The position numbers and the translations under genes were made by a program. Below are positions 38,469 through 48,519 of a stretch of DNA of 64,000 bases, piece after piece. Source of the DNA: Parachlamydiales bacterium. GTDB lineage: Bacteria; Chlamydiota; Chlamydiia; Chlamydiales; SM23-39. Every line of letters begins with the position of its first letter. Positions within the stretch are counted from its first letter, which is position 1. Location of the stretch: the NCBI GenBank assembly GCA_050302075.1, contig JBNLAH010000006.1:139589-203588 (forward strand). The letters are read 5' to 3'. The notes beneath the pieces were generated by a model. That model was not told the DNA's origin, ran no database searches, and saw only the letters and a list, made by a program, of their open reading frames with translations.

Positions 38469-38822
38469 ATGACAACAAGAGGTGCAAATTCTATCTACAC
38501 ACGCAGACAAATTCTTACTCAACAAGATTTGATAGAGTATGAAAGAGATTCTAAAAAAGGATAAAGAAAGTTCAATTTCGTTGAAATTCTACGGCTTCAA
38601 ATTATTCAAGAATTACGAAAATTTGGCTTCCCTCTGAATTCTATCCAAACAACCAAAGCTTATTTTTTTGAACGTTCCACTGGGCTTAACGAAGCTGTTA
38701 ATCTTATCGGCTTATTTACGAAGAACCTAGAAAATAAAAAGACCGAACGTTTGGACATCTCTGAAAAAACGTTCGGTAATGTGCCGACGACCGGACTCGA
38801 ACCAGCACATCCTTGCGAATAG
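38469..38822 (+). pseudogene. Scar of an integrative element: MerR-type HTH fragment fused to a serine-recombinase-like C-terminal tail running into tRNA-Leu
   Basis: One frame with a single internal TAA (38562): ...ERDSKKG*RKFNFVEILRLQIIQELRKFGFPLNSI...RSTGLNEAVNLIGLFTKNLENKKTER...VPTTGLEPA. Confidence 0.6.
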
Positions 38823-38865
38823 TAGATTTTGAGTCTACCGTGTCTACCAATTCCACCACGTCGGC
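38782..38865 (-). tRNA. tRNA-Leu(CAA)
   Basis: GCCGACG/CGTCGGC acceptor stem, GTAGA-CT-CAA-AA-TCTAC anticodon arm, long variable arm, GGTTCGAGTCC; CCA not encoded. Confidence 0.96.
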
Positions 38866-39021
38866 ATAAGTGAAAGATCATAAATCGAACATCTATTTTA
38901 GAAAAAGACCTAGTTTATTTACCATTCTAAAAAATCTTCTCGCCTGCTTTTAAGACACTTTATTTTTTTAACTCAGCATTAAATTTTGAATTCATCTACT
39001 AAAAGTACTAAAATTTTAGTT

Positions 39022-39418
39022 ATGAATGTTTTAGCAGCTGGAATTAAGTCATGTTCAAAACCTATTGGAGCCGTTTTTACTTATTAGCGGTACCACAATT
39101 GGTGGTGGGATGCTAGCCCTACCAATAACAACCGTCACTATTGGCTTTTTACCTTCCTCACTTTTATTTGTTTTGTGTTCCCCCCCCCTATTGTAGCTTA
39201 TTATTTTTTACCCAAGCTCCTTTACAACTTTTCTAGGATGCGCCGGTATTTTCGTATCGCTTTTGTTGGGGCTCTTACCTATATCAATATGCTGGGCTGG
39301 ACGTAAAAGCAAAGATTGGGGAACTGAGTACAAGGCGAAAGGAAGTAACATTGCAATGATATTCTCTATAGCCTTTTTTGCACTTGTTATATTTATTCAG
39401 GTTTTTCAGATAATTTAA
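39022..39418 (+). pseudogene. tyrP: Aromatic amino acid permease (TyrP/Mtr family) pseudogene with frameshift, stop and large internal deletion
   Basis: LLISGTTIGGGMLALP (N-terminal signature) joined to PPLL*LIIFYPSSF...AGIFVSLLLGLLP..CWAGR (C-terminal signature). Confidence 0.8.
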
Positions 39419-39432
39419 GCTTTATTTTAGGC

Positions 39433-40242
39433 TCACCATTTATAGTATCCTTTTTCAGCTTTGCTTTTGGAAAAGACAATTTTTTCTTTAAGATCTTTAT
39501 CGTATCTCACTTGAATGGAAATATAGGGATACGGGTGTCGATTATCAATATCTCTGCCTTCTGACTTGTCAAAATATTTGATGCAGATTTCTTTATTGAG
39601 CCATGCTTTGGTTTGAGACTCATTTACCATAATCCTTTGAAAAATCGTATAGTCGCTTTTGTCTTTGTAAAAGTCTGAATTTTTATAATAATTGATAATT
39701 TCCTCAATAACACTTTCGGCTTGGGTTTCATATCCTTTGACATAGAAATCTACTTCAGCTCCTAACATGTGATAAGACTCTGTTTGGGTAGGCTCTGCAT
39801 AAATGCTATGTTTTGGGCACCGGTATCCACAGGTAACTACAACCTTCTGATTCAGCTTCGTCTGAACAAAATTTAAAATATCCAATAAAGTTTGATATAC
39901 ATTTTCTCTACCGTGAATCAATGGAAGGCTATGCTTTGAAGATCCATTGCAGTCACTTAAAGTTGTCTTATTAAACTCTTTAGGTGGATTCTTGCTATGA
40001 CCTCTACATCTAAAAAAATCTTTGGTGATCTTGGGCAGATAAACTTGATCGGTGTCTTCCCAAAAGTATGGATCACCTTTATTCATAGAGGGATTTTTAA
40101 TAAGATCCAGTGTGTCTTTATGACCTCTTGTGATACGTTCTGCAGTTAGATTTTTCTTTCTAATTTTGTCATATTCGGTCTTTTGTAGACCTGAACATGA
40201 AAAAAAAATAATCGCCAAAAGGACAAAAAATATGTATTTCAT
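39433..40242 (-). CDS. Lipoprotein with peptidase M15-like (D-Ala-D-Ala carboxypeptidase) motif
   Basis: Lipobox-like IIFFSC; TCGYRCPKH and SYHMLGAEVDF (H-x6-D). Confidence 0.7.
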   Translation of the reverse strand: MKYIFFVLLAIIFFSCSGLQKTEYDKIRKKNLTAERITRGHKDTLDLIKNPSMNKGDPYFWEDTDQVYLPKITKDFFRCRGHSKNPPKEFNKTTLSDCNGSSKHSLPLIHGRENVYQTLLDILNFVQTKLNQKVVVTCGYRCPKHSIYAEPTQTESYHMLGAEVDFYVKGYETQAESVIEEIINYYKNSDFYKDKSDYTIFQRIMVNESQTKAWLNKEICIKYFDKSEGRDIDNRHPYPYISIQVRYDKDLKEKIVFSKSKAEKGYYKW

Positions 40243-40295
40243 AAAAAAGTACTCAAGTTTTTATAAAAACACTATAGTTCGAATTAGGGGATAGT

Positions 40296-41522
40296 ATGTC
40301 TGATTCTTTGATTGAACAGCTACAAAAAAGTGCGGAAATGGCAATGAATAGTAATTCCTTATCAGAGGGAGTACAACACCTTGCTAGGGCATTTTCATTA
40401 TTTTCAAAGGAAGCTAAAAAGATTAAGGCTGACTATATCCTTTTACAAAAGCAATTTGAAACGGTCAATAAAGAACTTAGCTGCGTATCTCTATACCTTA
40501 AAAGCCTACTAAAAAACATTCACCAAGCCATCGTCTTTGTCAATAAAGACGGTGTCATAACAATCTATAACGAAGCTTCTGAAAGGTTATTAATCAAAAA
40601 GCAAAGTGACGTTTTACTTAAACCTTTTCATGACTTTTTTAAAGATGACTACTTTGGTTTTTCTATTAAAAAAGCACTAGAATATGGCCTATCTCAGAAG
40701 CTTAGGTATATGACTATGAGATGCTCCAATGGCCAAAAGGTAGAAGTTGAACTTAACACCAACTTCGTACATGAAGGGCCAAAAGAACATCAAGGTATTG
40801 TTTTGATCTTAAATGATATAACTGAAAAATCTGAGCTACAGTTAATTGCCAATCGAAACGACCGCATGAAAGAAATTGGTGAAATGGCCGCCAATGTAGC
40901 ACATGAAATTAGAAATCCTTTGGGTGGAATACGTGGATATGCCACATTGCTGTTTAGAGATCTAAATGCTCATCCAGAGATGCGTGAAATGGCTGAGCAA
41001 ATTATCGAAGGCACAAAAACTTTAGAAAAATTTGTAACAACTATTTTGCAGTACAGTAGACCGGTCCAGATTACAACAAGCATGGAAGATCTTTCACTTA
41101 TCGTCAGCAACTTGAAAAAATTAATCGAAGTCGATCCTACTTGCCCTGAAGACCTCGAAGTTAACCTTCATATATCTAATAGCCCTTTATTTGCTCCAAT
41201 AGATCCTGATGCAATAAAAAGAGCTCTTTTGAACCTCATTGTAAATGCCTACCAATCAATGCCTAAAGGAGGATATCTAACAATATCACTAATGAAAAGA
41301 GACTTTTCTTGCATTATTACTTTGTCCGATACAGGCAGTGGAATTGTCAGCGAGGATTTAAGCAAAATTTTTTCACCGTTTTTTACAACTAAGAAAAAAG
41401 GCAACGGTCTAGGGCTTGCTGAGGCTCAAAAGATTATACATGCCCATAATGGCAAAATAGATGTACATTCAAGTAAAGACCGCGGAACTACTTTTACAAT
41501 TACACTACCTTTAAGGAGATAA
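40296..41522 (+). CDS. ctcB: PAS-domain sensor histidine kinase (CtcB/AtoS-like)
   Basis: H-box AHEIRNPLGGI, N-box NLIVNA, DTGSGI, FSPFFTTK and GNGLGL. Confidence 0.9.
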   Translation: MSDSLIEQLQKSAEMAMNSNSLSEGVQHLARAFSLFSKEAKKIKADYILLQKQFETVNKELSCVSLYLKSLLKNIHQAIVFVNKDGVITIYNEASERLLIKKQSDVLLKPFHDFFKDDYFGFSIKKALEYGLSQKLRYMTMRCSNGQKVEVELNTNFVHEGPKEHQGIVLILNDITEKSELQLIANRNDRMKEIGEMAANVAHEIRNPLGGIRGYATLLFRDLNAHPEMREMAEQIIEGTKTLEKFVTTILQYSRPVQITTSMEDLSLIVSNLKKLIEVDPTCPEDLEVNLHISNSPLFAPIDPDAIKRALLNLIVNAYQSMPKGGYLTISLMKRDFSCIITLSDTGSGIVSEDLSKIFSPFFTTKKKGNGLGLAEAQKIIHAHNGKIDVHSSKDRGTTFTITLPLRR

Positions 41523-41523
41523 A

Positions 41524-42852
41524 ATGTCGATTGAAAGAGCTTTAGTAGTAGATGATGAAAAAATTTTAAGGAACTTCTTAAAAGACTCCCTACAGAGGCA
41601 TGGCATTAAAGTTACATTAGCTGAAGATGGTAAACAAGCTCTTAGTCTACTCAAGTCTAACTCATTTGATATTGTAATTACTGACATGAAAATGCCATAT
41701 CATAGTGGATTGGAAGTATTAAAACAGGCAAAGTTAGTCGACAAAAACTGCATTGTCATTTTAATCACTGCACATGGTTCGATAGAGAATGCTGTCGAAG
41801 CAATCCAAGCTGGCGCTTTTCATTATCTCATCAAACCATTTGCATTAGATGAAATAGAAGCCATTTTAAATAAGGCTAAAGAACACCTAAGCTTACTGCA
41901 TGAAAATAGCTTCCTAAAAGAAGAGATTACAACATACGCCTCCCATGAAAGTGTAGTTGCATCTGATCCAGTTATGAAACAGCTTATAAAAAAAGCTAAT
42001 CAAATAGCTAAAAGTGATGCTAGCGTTTTTATAAGCGGCGAATCAGGAACAGGGAAAGAAGTCATAGCTAGGTTGATTCATAGATTATCAAAAAGATGCC
42101 GTGAGCCTTTTATCACAGTTAACTGCGCTGCAATACCTGATACATTAATTGAATCAGAGTTTTTTGGTCATGAGAAGGGTGCTTTTACAGGAGCTCTCCA
42201 AAAAAGAATTGGTCGCTTTGAAAGGGCTGACATGGGGACTCTTTTTCTTGACGAAATTACCGAAACACCTATTTCTCTGCAGCCAAAGCTCTTAAGGGCA
42301 ATTCAAGAAATGGAGTTTGAAAGACTAGGCGGCAATAATACTATTAAAGTAAACGTCAGGTTTATATCTACGACTAATAGAAATATGGAAGAAGCCATTA
42401 AGTCCAAATTATTTCGGGAAGACCTATATTACCGTTTGAACGTCCTTCCTATCCATATCCCCCCTCTTCGACAGCGGAAAAAGGATATAATTCCTTTAGC
42501 TGAATTTTTTATTCAAAAATACCTAACAAGACATGGAGGCTCAAGTAAAGAACTAACTGAAGATGCTAAGCAAAAGCTTTTAGATTATCATTTTCCAGGA
42601 AATGTCAGAGAGCTTAATAATGTAATCGAAAGAGCGATCGTCCTTAGCGAAAATGACTTAATTAGTTCAGATTTACTTTTTATTGAGCCAAAAGATAAAG
42701 CCGAGTTGGGTGCAACTCTCAAGGAAGTTGAAAAAGTTCATATTCTAAAGACCTTGAAAAAGGCTAATAACAATAAAACAAAAGCTGCAAAAATACTTGG
42801 AGTCAGTGTCCGGACCTTAAGGAATAAAATCAGCAGTTATTCAAAAAGTTAA
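41524..42852 (+). CDS. ctcC: Sigma54-dependent NtrC-family response regulator (CtcC/AtoC-like)
   Basis: Receiver domain (VVDDE, TDMKMP), GESGTGKE, GAFTGA and C-terminal Fis-type HTH. Confidence 0.92.
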   Translation: MSIERALVVDDEKILRNFLKDSLQRHGIKVTLAEDGKQALSLLKSNSFDIVITDMKMPYHSGLEVLKQAKLVDKNCIVILITAHGSIENAVEAIQAGAFHYLIKPFALDEIEAILNKAKEHLSLLHENSFLKEEITTYASHESVVASDPVMKQLIKKANQIAKSDASVFISGESGTGKEVIARLIHRLSKRCREPFITVNCAAIPDTLIESEFFGHEKGAFTGALQKRIGRFERADMGTLFLDEITETPISLQPKLLRAIQEMEFERLGGNNTIKVNVRFISTTNRNMEEAIKSKLFREDLYYRLNVLPIHIPPLRQRKKDIIPLAEFFIQKYLTRHGGSSKELTEDAKQKLLDYHFPGNVRELNNVIERAIVLSENDLISSDLLFIEPKDKAELGATLKEVEKVHILKTLKKANNNKTKAAKILGVSVRTLRNKISSYSKS

Positions 42853-42865
42853 CAAAGAATAGCCC

Positions 42866-44665
42866 TTAGCTCATTACATCAAGATGAAAATTAACTTTTT
42901 CTAAGAAGAGTTGGAGTTTTTCTTTTTTTATCTCTTTCTGAGAGACTTTATTTTTATATTTTCTTTCGAAAAGTTTATTAAGACATATGTCGATATCATA
43001 AAATAAGTAATTAAAGGCATCCTCTTCCCTAAGATCCATCTCACTTAGAATTAACTTGCCAGATTCTTTAACCTTCTCATCTGAGTTTATTTTATCAAGC
43101 TCTTCTAGCATTGTTATAATGTGATTTTTACAACGCTTTGCACTTTCTTTTAATTTATCTAGTTGAGCATCGATAAAGGACTCTCCTGATATCACCCCTC
43201 CCCTTGATTGAATTTCAAAAAAGAGCATATTTCTCAGATCGTATTCATTTTTTAGAACCTTATTTACAAGACTTTTTAAAGAAATGTTCTCTATATCTTT
43301 AAAACCTATCCCTAAAGAAGTTGCATTATAAAATTTTCTATTAGAGTTTTTCGCAAAGTTAGCAATGCAGCTTGACTCCATAATCCAATGCGTAGTTGTG
43401 TAGACTGTTTTTTTGTTAATATCTTTTCTTTTAATAAGTTCAAACTGATTGAAGTTACTAATAGCATTCTCAACTCCTTTAGCATATCTTTTACCCTTTG
43501 AGAAGCTAAGGTCACATCCAATTAATATAATAGGATTACAACCCAAGTACTCTGCTAAAGCAATTGCTATTGTTGTGACTGACAATGATTCTTGGTCTAA
43601 CTTTTCCCCTATAAGATCACCACTTAAGTTGAGCTCTTCATCAATCATGAGCTCACAAACACCACCGATGCCTGACCTTAGATAGCCCAAAAGTCCATTA
43701 AAGGCGCTAAACACTAAGGGGTGAACTCTAGTCGAATAAAAAAAAGGAATTTCTTGTGCTATATTAGTTTGCATTCTCTGAAATTCCTCATAGTTTGGAT
43801 CTAGGGCAAGTCCAATATGTGGAGTAACACCATTAGAGGATAAAGCAGCTAAAGCTGATCCCCCAGCAAATATCAAAGCCTTATTTTCTAGCTGTTTGAT
43901 CTCTTCAAGTTCATTTTCAAGGGAAGGGCCCGCACCAGCTATTAAAGCTGGAATATTTTCAAAAGCCCCTTTTAACTTATTTCCAAAAAATGACTCTGTT
44001 AGTTTTTTTACATTTTTGATGAAATTCTGAAATGGGAAGTGCGAGTAAAGCCTATCTGTAAAAAGGGCTTCTGACAAGAAAGAGGCTCTTTGCAATTTAA
44101 GTTTCACACCTTGAGCTATTCTTGAAGACTTTTTAGATAGGATATCAGTTGCAAATGCAATTTTCTTTGTTGGAAATTTGTTGGCCAGAATTTCTATTTG
44201 CTGTTGTTTCTTTTCTTTTTTTTGGAAAAAAGCAATATGAACTTGTGGATCTGTCAATATTTTTTGAGCAAGGTCTGTATGCAGGAAATTGACAAAGACC
44301 TCTTCATCATCTTCAATAAAGACTATCGCATTTTTTATATCCAACTCCAAAAAATATTTAAATGCTAAGTAGCTATAACCAAGTCCTAATCCATACACAT
44401 ACAAAACTTCTTTATCATTTAAATCACAAGATGACGATAACTTTGCAACACTTTCCGAGATTGAATTAGTTGCATAAAAAGGTTCATCGTTTTTCAGTAA
44501 ATTTAGCTCTTGAGCGTCATTTCTAAAAAAGGTGTAATCGGTTGAAAAAGATAATGCCATGAAACCGATACTAGGAAACTTCTCTATAAGAATTTCTAAG
44601 TTAGTCTCAAAATTCTCATAATTGAAATGATTCTTTGTAATAACTTGTTTTAGCTCTTTATTCAT
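42866..44665 (-). CDS. DUF115/Maf (MptE-like) family protein
   Basis: VYGLGLGY, IAGAGPSL, and AEYLGCNPIILIGCDLSF motifs. Confidence 0.8.
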   Translation of the reverse strand: MNKELKQVITKNHFNYENFETNLEILIEKFPSIGFMALSFSTDYTFFRNDAQELNLLKNDEPFYATNSISESVAKLSSSCDLNDKEVLYVYGLGLGYSYLAFKYFLELDIKNAIVFIEDDEEVFVNFLHTDLAQKILTDPQVHIAFFQKKEKKQQQIEILANKFPTKKIAFATDILSKKSSRIAQGVKLKLQRASFLSEALFTDRLYSHFPFQNFIKNVKKLTESFFGNKLKGAFENIPALIAGAGPSLENELEEIKQLENKALIFAGGSALAALSSNGVTPHIGLALDPNYEEFQRMQTNIAQEIPFFYSTRVHPLVFSAFNGLLGYLRSGIGGVCELMIDEELNLSGDLIGEKLDQESLSVTTIAIALAEYLGCNPIILIGCDLSFSKGKRYAKGVENAISNFNQFELIKRKDINKKTVYTTTHWIMESSCIANFAKNSNRKFYNATSLGIGFKDIENISLKSLVNKVLKNEYDLRNMLFFEIQSRGGVISGESFIDAQLDKLKESAKRCKNHIITMLEELDKINSDEKVKESGKLILSEMDLREEDAFNYLFYDIDICLNKLFERKYKNKVSQKEIKKEKLQLFLEKVNFHLDVMS

Positions 44666-45332
44666 CTACAATTAAATTCCCTAAATGATCATATGTGGAC
44701 TTTTGATAAGTTTCACCTTTATAGACAACCTCTTCTCTTAAAACTCCCCTTCCGTCATAGCTTTTATGGTGTCCAACCGGAATATCATTCTCGTATTCAC
44801 CAATGAACAAAGGTTTTTGATCATAAGAAAAAATTTTATCAAAACCTTGACGCTTACCCTTTAAAAAATTCATTTCACGCTTAATATGACCACTTTCCCA
44901 AAATAATGTGGCTTTCTTATCTAATAGGTCATTTTCATAGTAAAACTCACTTTTAAGCGTCCCATCCTCATAAAAATACTTATGAGAACCTTGTTTTAAG
45001 TTGTCTTTATACTTTTGAAGTGAGTAAATTCTGGCATTTTTATAATACTGAAAACACTTTCCTTGTTTCTTGCCATTCACATACCAAACCTTCGATGCTA
45101 CTTGACCATCTTCAAAGAAATAAGTACTTGATCCGTGAAGTTTTTTTCCTAAATAATATCTTTGAGATTTTAAAGTTCCAGATGGATAATACTCTTTGAT
45201 TTCATGAATCTTATCATCACTAAAATCAGTTGGACCATCAGATACGCAGAAATCTATATCAATAAAAATACCTAACTTTTCATCGATAATGAGCAAACGG
45301 TTTTCTTTAATACAATAAATAGACTTAGACAT
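44658..45332 (-). CDS. MORN-variant repeat (YwqK-like) protein
   Basis: Repeated units of the form YYxxGxLKS..Y..GK.xG. Confidence 0.8.
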   Translation of the reverse strand: MSKSIYCIKENRLLIIDEKLGIFIDIDFCVSDGPTDFSDDKIHEIKEYYPSGTLKSQRYYLGKKLHGSSTYFFEDGQVASKVWYVNGKKQGKCFQYYKNARIYSLQKYKDNLKQGSHKYFYEDGTLKSEFYYENDLLDKKATLFWESGHIKREMNFLKGKRQGFDKIFSYDQKPLFIGEYENDIPVGHHKSYDGRGVLREEVVYKGETYQKSTYDHLGNLIVDE

Positions 45333-46815
45333 TTAAATATTTTTTCAACTGGCTTTTATGCTTAGCTAACACATCTTTATAAAATAGCATCTGGTGAACT
45401 CTCTCTTTAAAAGAAAAATCCTTATCCCGTTTTTCATCTCTTAAAATCACAAGTTTAAAAATATCCCATAAAATTTTTAAGACATTTTCTTCACACCAGC
45501 TAGACTCTTTAGGTTCAAGTTCTTTTATTTCACCATTAAACACTCTTTCAAGTTCAACTAAATTACTTTCAACAATCTTCTCCTCTGCATTTATTAAGTC
45601 TAGGATTTGTGAGTTAATTTCTTTTTTCAGAGAAAAACAAGGTCTCGACTCAAAATGCTTTAGCTTTTCTTTAATATTAATCGACTCCAAGCAATCCAGC
45701 TGTTTTATTTCAAAAGGTTTTACATTTTTCCCTAAAAGAAGACCTTCTTGTGATGTGCTATAAAAAGTGATTGATGGATTAGCATCTGTGAGCTCTTGTA
45801 AAAAAAATGCTGACATCAACCAATCGTTTTGAGTTTTTACTACATCACCATTCTTTCCCTTGGCTGTGATAAATTCTTTGTCTTGCTTTTTTCTATAAGA
45901 TATCTTGGCCACATTATCAGCGTAAATTTTCTTTGACTTAAAGCTCAAGTCAACACCGTTGAAAATTATTGGATCACAGCCAAAATAGACAGCTAAAGAA
46001 GTTAAAAAAGTAACCGTTGACCATCCTTTATCAATCGAGTCAAAACTTACCCCAATTTTTTCTACAATCCAACGGAAAAACAAATATCTTTCTTTAGAAA
46101 GGCACAGAAATTTTTGTTTAAATGTTTTTTTTAAGATTTCATAAGGCGCTTTTAGTGAAAAAAATAATATGCTTTCCTCAAATGATTTTTTAAAAAAACC
46201 TGGAGGAGTTTGACTGTCTGTCAATCCTATAAAATGTGGGGGATGACTCAACGCATTCAGCGCAGAGCCTCCGGAAAAGACTAAGGCTTTTTCTTCTTTA
46301 ATCTTAAAAAATGACTCATCCAAAGAAGGTCCTGCCCCACAAATGATCGCAGGGACTTTTCTCAAGCATCCTCTCAAATTCTCTAAACTAGCGAACTTTA
46401 TTTCTTCGTGGATATTATTCATTGCAGATACCAAGTCTGGAAGTTGAAAATTGGCAAATGCAGATGCACTCAAATGAGTTCCTGTTTTTATTTCCTGCCA
46501 TCTATCTTTTACCAAATTTTTTAGCTCTTCTTCTTTAAATGAGTCTAGAACTATAAGCTTAATATTTAGAAAAACAAAGCGCCATGCTAGCTCACTTAAT
46601 TTATTTACAATGTTAAGTTTATTTATCTCTTCTACAAACAGATTCGGTAATTTTTTTTGATCATCAGGTGGGATTTTTGTATCTAATACAACCAAATAAT
46701 GCTTTTTTTTATTAAGCCAGCTGGCAAACTTCTTTATTAAATCATTGCTATAGCCTAGTGCTATATACACTTGTACGTCGTTGTTTGGTTTTATATTACT
46801 GTCCATTAACTGCAC
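45325..46815 (-). CDS. DUF115/Maf (MptE-like) family protein, second paralogue
   Basis: ICGAGPSL and AVYFGCDPIIFNGVDLSF; true start may be ATG 46806. Confidence 0.78.
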   Translation of the reverse strand: MQLMDSNIKPNNDVQVYIALGYSNDLIKKFASWLNKKKHYLVVLDTKIPPDDQKKLPNLFVEEINKLNIVNKLSELAWRFVFLNIKLIVLDSFKEEELKNLVKDRWQEIKTGTHLSASAFANFQLPDLVSAMNNIHEEIKFASLENLRGCLRKVPAIICGAGPSLDESFFKIKEEKALVFSGGSALNALSHPPHFIGLTDSQTPPGFFKKSFEESILFFSLKAPYEILKKTFKQKFLCLSKERYLFFRWIVEKIGVSFDSIDKGWSTVTFLTSLAVYFGCDPIIFNGVDLSFKSKKIYADNVAKISYRKKQDKEFITAKGKNGDVVKTQNDWLMSAFFLQELTDANPSITFYSTSQEGLLLGKNVKPFEIKQLDCLESINIKEKLKHFESRPCFSLKKEINSQILDLINAEEKIVESNLVELERVFNGEIKELEPKESSWCEENVLKILWDIFKLVILRDEKRDKDFSFKERVHQMLFYKDVLAKHKSQLKKYLNV

Positions 46816-47254
46816 TTAATAATTCATTGTATCTAGGTAGCCGAGGGATTTTTTTTGTTTTTTTAGTTGAAGGATCGATCCAGCATGTGTAGATCTCATC
46901 ATCGTTTGCTACAGTATAAAAATATGACTTTACCACCGAATTATAACCTTCTACTTGCCTAAAGACTGCGCTTGTGATTCTGCAAGCTTTGCACTCTATC
47001 AGTAAAAGCGGATATATGTCGTAATCCTCATGGATATTTTTAGCAAAACAAATTATGTCGGCTCTTCTTTTGTAGTTGCAAATGTCCTGGTCACTGACAT
47101 GTTTTAGCTGGGATATATTCAGTTCAACTGCAATTAAACTTCTCGGATATCCCATTTCAATTAAGACTTGTATCAGCTTCTGCCTAACAACCTCCTCTGG
47201 AAGAGCACATACATTTTTCTCACGAACAGGGTCAAAAAAATTATTCAACTTCAA
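46796..47254 (-). CDS. HsdR N-terminal-like PD-(D/E)xK domain protein
   Basis: DPVREK...PEEVVRQ, RRADII, LLIECKA and RQVEGYN motifs. Confidence 0.8.
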   Translation of the reverse strand: MKLNNFFDPVREKNVCALPEEVVRQKLIQVLIEMGYPRSLIAVELNISQLKHVSDQDICNYKRRADIICFAKNIHEDYDIYPLLLIECKACRITSAVFRQVEGYNSVVKSYFYTVANDDEIYTCWIDPSTKKTKKIPRLPRYNELLSAVNGQ

Positions 47255-47882
47255 TCACACCAAAATGATCATCTTCTTCACGCCTATAGATAACTTTCAA
47301 CTTCTGATCTTCTTCACCTTTGTAAACCATAAATTTATCACCAGAAAGTTCCATTCGCATAATAGCCTCTTCTTGCGTAAGCAAATGCAGCGGAGTTGTT
47401 TCTTTGCTCACAATCTTATGGAATGCATAAATGTCTAGCTCTCTTCTATTATTCTCATCTTCAATATCTTCATTAATAGTTTTTAGTTCGTCTTCTTTAG
47501 GCCTAAATACATTCACCTTCAAATCAACAACAGAGGGATCGGTTGCATGTTTTTCCTCTAGTCTACTTTTATATTTTTTAACTAGTCGCATTAATCTTGC
47601 ACTAGCCTTATCTATAGCAGAATAGATGTCATCCATTGATGCATGAGCTCTTATCTTAAAATTTTTAACCATTACGTCAATGGTGCAGGTATGAGCTAGT
47701 TTTTGAACATCCAACGTGACAATTATATCTAGAATATGATCAGAAAATCTTTCTATTTTGGAAACTTTTTCTCTAGCGTAGTCTTTAATTGGATCTGTAA
47801 GCTCTACATGATTTCCTTGAATTGCTAAACTATAGCCTTCAAGTTCGAATTTTAATAAGTTTTGTTTTGTACTTTGAGACAT
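47241..47882 (-). CDS. hpf: Ribosome hibernation factor (long HPF/RaiA)
   Basis: GNHVELTDPIKDYAREK, DIYSAID, and C-terminal EEAIMRMELSG..VIYRR. Confidence 0.88.
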   Translation of the reverse strand: MSQSTKQNLLKFELEGYSLAIQGNHVELTDPIKDYAREKVSKIERFSDHILDIIVTLDVQKLAHTCTIDVMVKNFKIRAHASMDDIYSAIDKASARLMRLVKKYKSRLEEKHATDPSVVDLKVNVFRPKEDELKTINEDIEDENNRRELDIYAFHKIVSKETTPLHLLTQEEAIMRMELSGDKFMVYKGEEDQKLKVIYRREEDDHFGVIEVE

Positions 47883-47916
47883 AATGACCTCATTTTTTTA
47901 TTAAGTGTGGAAGAAC

Positions 47917-48345
47917 CTAAAATTCCATCATCTCTTTATTTGTTTTAACACCTTTTTTTACAATGCCTTCACGATACAGCCATTTGTCGTTTTCTTTGAC
48001 AAAATAACTTCTTTCTGTAAACGTAGCATCTTTTCCTAAGTGATCAAGATGCGCCACAAAGGTGATAAAAGCAAGCTTATCTTCTTCAAAATCATCAACT
48101 ATTGTAAGGTCTTTAAAAGAAGAATTGTCAGAAAACTCTTCAATATCTTTTTTCCATTTATCCAAGTCTTTTTGATAGTACATGCAGCTAGGATGTGTGG
48201 TTTTGATAATATAGTCTGGAAGTTTTAGAGCATACGCGCTAAAGCGGCTTCGCATGAGTTCCAATGCAGTTTTAGGATTTTGCCCATCATGGAAACTTTT
48301 GCAGCAAGCATCATATGTCTTTCCGCTAAAACAAGGACACTGCAT
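47917..48345 (-). CDS. ychJ: YchJ family (SEC-C motif) protein
   Basis: CPCFSGKTYDACC, LMRSRFSAY and ERSYF...WLY motifs. Confidence 0.9.
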   Translation of the reverse strand: MQCPCFSGKTYDACCKSFHDGQNPKTALELMRSRFSAYALKLPDYIIKTTHPSCMYYQKDLDKWKKDIEEFSDNSSFKDLTIVDDFEEDKLAFITFVAHLDHLGKDATFTERSYFVKENDKWLYREGIVKKGVKTNKEMMEF

Positions 48346-48519
48346 AAAGACCTCAAATTACATCTTTTGGAATCTAAGTCTATCTAAAACAGCACTTTTT
48401 TCTAAAGACCTAGATTAAACAATTTTAAAATAGTTATTTTCTTTAGAAGCTCTATATTGGTAACCCTTGTCCAAAATCCACTCAACATTTAAGCTTTAGT
48501 CAATATATAAAGCATTCTA

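Noticed and set aside
30904..38780. Intact genomic island bounded by a duplicated tRNA-Leu 3' end
   Set aside because: I could not find a second copy of the tRNA 3' sequence or an intact integrase by eye; only the scar is supported
38660..38881. 73-aa minus-strand ORF
   Set aside because: It overlaps tRNA-Leu(CAA) and is spurious
44658..45332. Toxin-antitoxin module (YwqK label)
   Set aside because: The protein has MORN-variant repeats only and no adjacent toxin; the same applies to 55749-56738
46796..47254. Type I restriction-modification system
   Set aside because: Only a stand-alone HsdR_N-like domain is present, with no hsdM, hsdS or helicase subunit nearby
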